DNA of 64,000 nt, taken from Paraspadella gotoi. Lineage: Eukaryota; Animalia; Chaetognatha. A program made the translations under genes and the position numbers. Of the stretch, positions 49,477 through 64,000 are shown in pieces. The notes beneath the pieces were generated by a model that made no database searches, was not told the DNA's origin, and saw nothing but the letters and a program-made list of their open reading frames with translations. How positions within the stretch are numbered: the stretch's first letter is position 1; each line of letters starts with the position of its first letter. The stretch is from positions 5,631,991 to 5,695,990 of the forward strand of contig CM119271.1 in assembly GCA_051294375.1 (NCBI GenBank), in the 5' to 3' direction.

Positions 49477-49668
49477 ATCTCCAGTCCTCCCTCAAACAGC
49501 GCTGTTTTACCGTCAAAACGATGTTTTGTTTTTTTTTTATTCGCTGTTTTATGTGCGTGCCTGTGTGCGTGGAAAGTCGAAAATAGAAGACTTTTATTTT
49601 AATACGATTTCGAATCGTGTTATCGACTGATATGAGTTTTTTTATTGCTGCATTTTAAGTTATATGAA

Positions 49669-49857
49669 TAGGGTGGTCAAAAAAGTGCGATAAATGAAAG
49701 GATAAATGATAGCGCGATCGGTTGCTGGAATTTTACGGCCAGAATGATATCTTTTATACTCTTTATCTATGACAATAGGTCCGATATTCTTATTGAATGA
49801 GTCTTCCCTGAACTATATTATATGCTGATATTTTACTTTTTTTTTGCCCACCCGATA
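49669..49857. mobile_element. Small Tc1/mariner-like MITE remnant
   Basis: TAGGGTGGTCAAAAAAGT ... ACTTTTTTTTTGCCCACCCGATA form imperfect TIRs with TA-like ends. Confidence 0.4.
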
Positions 49858-52093
49858 ATTTTAAAGAAAGCTTTTGGCTGTTCGTTTGTATTTCAAGAAA
49901 ATGCTCTCTCTTTCTCAATGTTTCATTTTCATTTGTGTGTATGTTGTTTATAAATTGAATATGAAAAAATACTCAAAATGGAACCCTGCAAACTAGATAC
50001 AGATTGTAAAACACGGAAAAAAAGGTGATTAATTAAATGACCATAGAAAAATACTCCGATGGCACCTCGGTTAAGGGGATTGTGGGATTTAATTCAAGAA
50101 GTAATGCAAAAAAAATATTTCATCCGGCAAGCGTTTTAACAGAATGATATTTAGATCAATTGCCTTCTTCTTGCCCCAAGAATTGTTTCCAAAATAGCAA
50201 GTTTGTCTTTTTTTCTTTTCGTGATTTAAAAATCTTTAAAAATAGTTCTTGCTGTTTCCCCATTAATTTTAAAGATTAAAAAAAAATTGTCGTTAAATCC
50301 CAATTGAGTATCATATTTTTTACTCAAGAAGTAGTAATAATCTTCTTAAACATTAATTGATGAAAAATGTGAATTACTGAAACATTTGGCTGCCGTGCCT
50401 CACTGATGTTTAAAATGAGACCAAAACAAAGGTTCGAGTCATCAACAAGGGATAATAATTATACAGTTGCTAAAAGTTTGTTTTTTTTCTTCTAATTTTA
50501 ACAATCACTTTTTACTTCAATCACAAACCCGATTCTGAACATGTCCTAAGCTGATTAAACTTATTTTAGGTTTTACTGCCTGAAGTAATCTATTTTACAG
50601 GTTGTTTGAAATTAAATTAATTTGCATACTAGCTTTTTCAGACATTAGTAATAAACTGGCAGCACATTAGATTTTAAGTTTGCTCAATTCAACTATCTAA
50701 ATGACCATATCCTCGTTAATTAAACATTGTTTTAAAAACTTATTCGGTTTAGCCCCTTAATTTGAATTTAAGGAAAGTTTGCAATTTTGCCATTTTTTAG
50801 AAAAAGAGTAATAAAAATTTAACAATAAATAAAAAAGGTATAATAATGGGGTATAAAATACTACCGCTATAGGATTTTGATATTGTTTTGAATACCAGTC
50901 AATAATTTTTTTTTAAAAAGTGATTAAAGTGTTTTTTAAAAATTAAGTACTATAATAGTAAATTAAAAAAGACTGAGAAACAAAAAAATTATTACATTGG
51001 TCAAATAGAAAGTGAAAGGAACCCGTTTCTGGAGGCATTAGTATTTAACACTGCTCATTCTGTTTCTTTCTCTCTCTTTCTCTCTCTCTCTTTCTCTTTC
51101 TCTCTCTCTCTATTGCTGAATTGCTCGCATATGCCTTTCACTATTATATGAATCACTTGTAACCTGCTCAATTTTTTAAAAAATTTTAACCCTTATTTTA
51201 CCCCGTTTATGTAGTAAACATATGAAATTTTTAAAAAATTTGAAAATAGAACTGTATAGGGATATTTCCCTCGCACATTTTTTTTGGTATACTTAAAACA
51301 AGATATTAGGTGAAACTTGTCATTAAATAAATGTTCATACTTTCTCGTCGTTTAATGCTTTCCTTAACTTTATTATCATTATCGCGTTTCTTAATGGTTC
51401 TTAAAAAAGAAGCTCCATTTTTTTTAATTCGTAGTTCTTATCGTTCGTTACTCCCCTTTAAATGTCAAATTAAATCGATATTTGATGTTACAATGTTCAA
51501 TTCATATCATTACTAAAGAGGACCATGGTTGTCGAATATTATTGCACGATTACTCTCTTAATTCAATGAATATTTTTAAGTTTTTTTATTTACTTTTTAT
51601 TTCGTTGCTGTCTTAGGAAAAAGTTAAAAATACTCGAATACCAAAGATCGAGACGCCATGAATTTTATTGTAATTGTATTTTTTGGGTAGGGGTTTTTGG
51701 GTGAGGTTCACTCCCGAAAAAAAGGGGTGAGGTCGCGTTAGTACTCAAATTTCTTGGGTCACTTTTTAGAATACAGAGATGCTGGAAAAATTCCAGGGAT
51801 TTATTCGAGTGTAATTATAAAATTCTTATTGTTATATTTCTTGGTAGAACATAAATTTTGTAGAAACAAGAACGCTAATTCCAATGTGTTGCACTGCAGT
51901 GATTTTCTTATCACAGGTATTTCCGGGTATATTTTAAGGCTAATGAGCGTTTGACTGCATCTGAAAATGTATTTTATTCTTTAACAAAGTGTAGCGCTAG
52001 CAGTTGCTTAAATTGGACGTTCTTCTGTCTGAGCAATAATACAAAACGAGCAACGGAGCAAAAGTTAAACAACATTTGTGACCATTTCAAATA

Positions 52094-52220
52094 TAAGTAG
52101 GACAGACCCACAGACCGACCAACCAGAAAACCGGCCAACCGACCGACATATCAACAGACAGACCGACCGAAGAGTGACTTATTGAGTTGCTCCGCGAGTA
52201 CTCGCGGCGCAACTAAAAAC
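52094..52220 (+). mobile_element. Hairpin-terminated element end with (GACC/GACA)n, DINE-1/Helentron-like
   Basis: (GACC)n tract, then GTGACTTATTG, then a 30-nt near-perfect palindrome AGTTGCTCCGCGAGTACTCGCGGCGCAACT (52185-52214), then AAAAA. Related ends at about 3033-3113, 22298-22398 and 34355-34438, and inverted at 34849-34902 and 41836-41920. Confidence 0.6.
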
Positions 52221-53319
52221 ACTTATTTCGCATCATATTTCAACGTGCACGTACAAATTGTAAGGATCTAAGAAGAGATAGAATTCTTGCGTTTGATATG
52301 AAGAATAAATCAAACCTGGTAACTTGATCGTTATTGTTTTTTTTATGAATTGATGAGTCAAAGTACAAAAATATGTATTCACTGTTAAATAGTATTTTAT
52401 GAAATAAGACCAAAGAAGCTAAAAGAAACTTACATGGTAGATAAAGTAAAATTACAATTAACAATCATTTAAGTTTGAAACATGATTTCTCCTTAAGATG
52501 AAAGGAAAAAAAAATCATTTGAAAAGAGCTTCTAAAAATATTCTTAAAAAGGGCGTGTTGTATCGATTGGGACTATGTTTTGAAGAAACATGAATAAACT
52601 TCCCTCCTTTTTTTTCAAGGAGAGAAATGTAGTCTCCTCAGTATCTTATGAAATTAATACAACCAATATAAAAATATTACCTAGAAAGAAAAATTAAGAA
52701 GCTCTTAATATTTACTAAAATTCGGTGGTGATTTTCTTTTTCAAACTTCGATGTGACGACAAAAAGGAACAATAAAGGAGGCATTGCCTCTCGGTACCAG
52801 TGGTATTGTATGCAAAATTGCTAATATTTAATAAATAAACAATTGTTATCTAGAAAAGACCTAACCCATAATATGGTCAGGGGACGAAGTAATGACCCCT
52901 CCTGTCATTATCAATCCACTCAGAATAAATTTTTTACTTCAGACAAAATGATAAAAAGCCCATTCTTGAAGAGCGACAGAACCGGATAAAGAATTAAAGA
53001 AAGGGTTGGCGTTGCCAGGCGACCGATGCGTCCGAGAGGCCAAAGAATCCAATGGAACCCATAGATCTGATTGGATAAAAAAGAAAAGATTTTTTGTGAT
53101 TTTGATTTTGATTTTGATGAGGCGGTATTGGAGATTATTTGACGAAATGGAATGATAACATAGTTCAAAATATTGTTGAATTCAAATAATATAACTTTAA
53201 ACTTAAATTTGATTAAAATAAAAATCAATATCAAATACCACGACGACAAGAACTAGTAATACTACTATTGCTGTTGATAAGGCGCGAAGTGTGCTAAAGA
53301 GTGCTATGCGAAACTTGTT

Positions 53320-53460
53320 TAACCCCTTTAGCGGAACGGGTCCTGGGCTTGGAACCAGGCTTGAGGGTTCTCCACACCCACTCGGCGGTTTACGGTCGTC
53401 CTCACGCATCGCGATCAAGGGTCGCGAGCTGATGGCATAACTCAATGAGCCATCGGGTCA
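53320..53460 (-). mobile_element. Possible tRNA-derived SINE head (Pol III A/B-box-like)
   Basis: Minus strand begins GACCCGATGGCTCATTGAGTT (A-box-like) and later has CCTGGTTCCAAGCCCAGG (T-arm/B-box-like hairpin). It is a GC-rich island flanked by (TAC/TAT)n tails. Confidence 0.3.
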
Positions 53461-53645
53461 CAACTGTATGTAACATGCTTATAGGCGGGATAAACATATT
53501 GCAATGCCCGACTATGTGCCCCCCCAGATTGTAACACACCCTGCACTGTTTCCAGTAAAGGGAGGGGAGCAATCTTCAGCAAATCCAGGGGCATTATCCG
53601 CATTACTGCTACTACTACTAAAACTACCACTATTACTTCTACGAC

Positions 53646-53679
<34 letters not shown>

Positions 53680-54110
53680 ATTATTATTAAGGTACCTGCT
53701 ATGAGTCTAGATCGATAAACAGCCCCTGACCACGGGTTTCCCGGCAGGGCGTCGGAATTCGGGTAAAGGCCATGCGACATCAAAGAGTAGGGGCTCGGCT
53801 CAATCGGAGAAAACCTGTAAATCATAAATTTGTATTTCGACTGTTTATTAATAACAAAAAATATTTGTAAATTGCTAATTGTAATAATGGACGTCTACTA
53901 CTACTAAAGAGCAAGGTGAATTATAAGAAGTTATTTAAAACGTAATATTTTATTTTATTTATAAACTTGATTCAAAAGTTTACCGACTTTAAATAAATAA
54001 AACTTAGAAAATCCGTATCACTTCATCTTTTTTTTTATTTTGTGACGCATCGGGTTCATTTAAAAAAAAAAAATTAATTGAAGATACTTAACCAGACCTT
54101 GTTCTAACTA

Positions 54111-61479
<7,369 letters not shown>

Positions 61480-62269
61480 GGTCGATTAGACTTCCTCTTT
61501 TTTTTTTTCTTTTTTTTTTTTCACAATCACTAGATTACTCTGCATGATTTATTTTTTCTCGTATTTTTGTACTTTCTCCTCATTTTTTTCTCTTTTCTTT
61601 TCTCGCTAATATATTTCTGTTTCTTTTCTCGCAAATGTCTTTATTTCCGGAATCGGGCGATAATAGTGAAAGAATGAAAATGTTGAAAGAAATGTCGAAA
61701 TATTCAATTGAAAAACATAGAAATTTGTTCATTGAAAAAAATAAATTAAAAATTAACAAAATTACGACGTTCTTGTATTGTTTTTACTTTTTACAGGGTC
61801 CTCGAATATTATTTTTTCCTTTGCCACGCCAAACGATACTGCGCGAGATCCCCTGTATGACAATAGAACAAACAAGACACGACAACGAACAGCACAAAAA
61901 CGAAGAGAGAAAAAGAAAGCAGGATTCGCACTGTTGTGACGACTTCCGAGGAAAAAGAAAGAAAGAATCCAGGAAAAAGGAATATCAATCATAATTCACA
62001 GAAAGAGGAAGAGAGAACAAAAAAATATAGAAAAGTTGGAGCGAACTTAAAATATAATTTTTAAAAAGTAAAACAGAGAATAATGTTGTTCAATCTAGAG
62101 AATATAACTGATTATTATTAGCATCACAGAAAATGGATCTGATAAGATCAAATGGAAAAAAGAAGGAAAGAAAGAAAATAAAATCGCCGGCCTTATTCTT
62201 TAAAAATTCCATTGCCCGCTCAGAAATGATTTAACTAGCTCTGTTTTTATGTTTAATAAAGGACAAAAA

Positions 62270-62470
62270 GCATCAAAAATGGTGTTTTTTTTTTTCACTT
62301 GGACGATTCCATCAAAACTTGATTTCCAGCTCAATCACTCAATCACCCACACATAAAATTTTAAGTCAATCGCCAGGTTCACTCATGAGTAATTGGCGTT
62401 TAAAGCTAAGGGGGGGATGGACGGACGGACAGACATCGTTATTTTTGCTTAATTTATCATAATTCAATAT
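62270..62470 (-). mobile_element. Inverted copy of the (CCGT)n-bearing repeat nested at about 26330-26700; another partial copy at about 63870-64000
   Basis: TTCCAGCTCAATCAC, ACTCATGAGTAATTGGCGT and GGACGGACGGACAGACATCG match the reverse complement of 26340-26700. Confidence 0.65.
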
Positions 62471-64000
62471 TCTGATATGATCTAAGTGACTTACTGACAA
62501 GATTTAGTGGTGGGACAAAGGACAAAGTAAATTATAGAGCCAGAATCTGCTGTAAGCAGGTCCGGTTAAAAATAAATGCTACCTTGTTCATTACAATTCC
62601 ATTCTCTTTTCTGATTTCAATAAATCTATTCAGCTCAATTTGTTTGACTATCTCCACTATCCAATGTTCCTATTTATTTTAGATGATTTATATCTATCGT
62701 GTGTCTATTTGTCTTCTTATTTACTTGTCTATTTGTCATCACTCATCAGTCCTTAATTATATACAAATCATCTCTTTCTCTTCCACTGATTTGAAATAAC
62801 ATCCACAAGACATGCAAAAGCAACAAACAAGACGGGAAAGCAAATAGCAAAGAGCAACTGATTCTCTACTTTTCAGACCGCTAANNNNNNNNNNNNNNNN
62901 NNNNNNNNNNNNNNNNNNNNNNNNNNNNNNNNNNNNNNNNNNNNNNNNNNNNNNNNNNNNNNNNNNNNNNNNNNNNNNNNNNNNNNNNNNNNNNNNNNNN
63001 NNNNNNNNNNNNNNNNNNNNNNNNNNNNNNNNNNNNNNNNNNNNNNNNNNNNNNNNNNNNNNNNNNNNNNNNNNNNNNNNNNNNNNNNNNNNNNNNNNNN
63101 NNNNNNNNNNNNNNNNNNTTAAGCAATCCAGATTAACTAACAGGGATAAAAGTTTATAATCGCTTACACTTTAGCCTCTGGGAATAAAAGCTAAAATTTC
63201 TGCAGTTGCTTTAGGCATCTCTCGAAATTCAACGGTGGTTTAACTTTAAGCGTTAAATTCTAAAGTCGTAGCGAGTTGCTGATCTATGGTGGATATGATG
63301 ACGAGAGCTTTTGCAGGAATTCCACCTCAGGGGGTTNNNNNNNNNNTTTGCAAGAATTCCACCTCAGGGGGTTTTATCCTATCTTTGTCGGGGTAGGACG
63401 GAGTAAGGGGGAAGGGGGGAAAATTATTTTTAATCTCCTTTCTCGGGGGAAATACAAAAACAGAAACGGAAAAACAAAGACGTTTCGCTTGGAGGAAAAT
63501 CGTTCGCGCCTGGTATTAATGGTTATACAGCGTCGGAGGAGTTTCGTATTTCGTAGTTTCTTGTAACAAATACTGTTACCCTTTTTCTTTTTAACTTTTA
63601 GTTTATATAAAATTGGTACATACAACATACGTAAAAGAGGAATTCCATCATGTGGTGGATTTTCCAAAGATTTTGGTTAATATTTTCTATATCCATGGTT
63701 GGATTTACTTGAAACTTAATATTAACAATATTGCTATCATTCTACATTGGCCGGTATAAGAATATATTATCGTAGTATTTTCCTTTCTTTTTCATTGTTA
63801 CTTTGTCACGAAGAATATATAAGAATATATTAAAAAAACCTCTGGCTATTTTCGTCAGAGTTTAGTCTTCACACACTTCTTTAGTACTCTCCATACAAAA
63901 TTTCAAATCCATCGCCCGATCCACTCATGAGTAATTGGCGTCCAAATCTAAGGGGGGACGGACGGGCAAACAGATGGATGAACAGAAGGTCGGATAGACG

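Overview
Eukaryotic, AT-rich, microsatellite-saturated invertebrate-animal-like genomic DNA from a gappy draft assembly. It has GT-AG introns, and nearly all supplied ORFs are translations of (AG)n/(GAC)n/(AAAG)n repeats. Manual exon joining supports three spliced genes. (1) A TATA-driven 4-exon secreted prepropeptide at 30423-31830 (+): signal peptide, Glu-rich propeptide ending KRR, and a 10-Cys mature part with ShK-like modules (toxin/defence-peptide architecture). (2) A two-TM PIRT/TMEM100-like protein at about 41175-47846 (+), with a reading-frame conflict at its last junction. (3) A minus-strand gene at about 61479-54111 whose motif order looks like a caspase/metacaspase fold with both catalytic residues replaced. 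A clear U4 snRNA (45134-45272, -) sits antisense in an intron of gene 2. A 56-aa sORF missing from the ORF track (59910-60080, +) looks like an amidated, disulfide-looped peptide precursor ending GRKK-stop. The rest is hAT-type MITEs (8-bp TSDs visible), hairpin-ended DINE-1/Helentron-like elements, a 200-bp dispersed repeat, minisatellites and three 1.1-2.4 kb tandem duplications that are probably partly assembly artefacts. All family assignments are by eye from recalled motifs; no searches were run.
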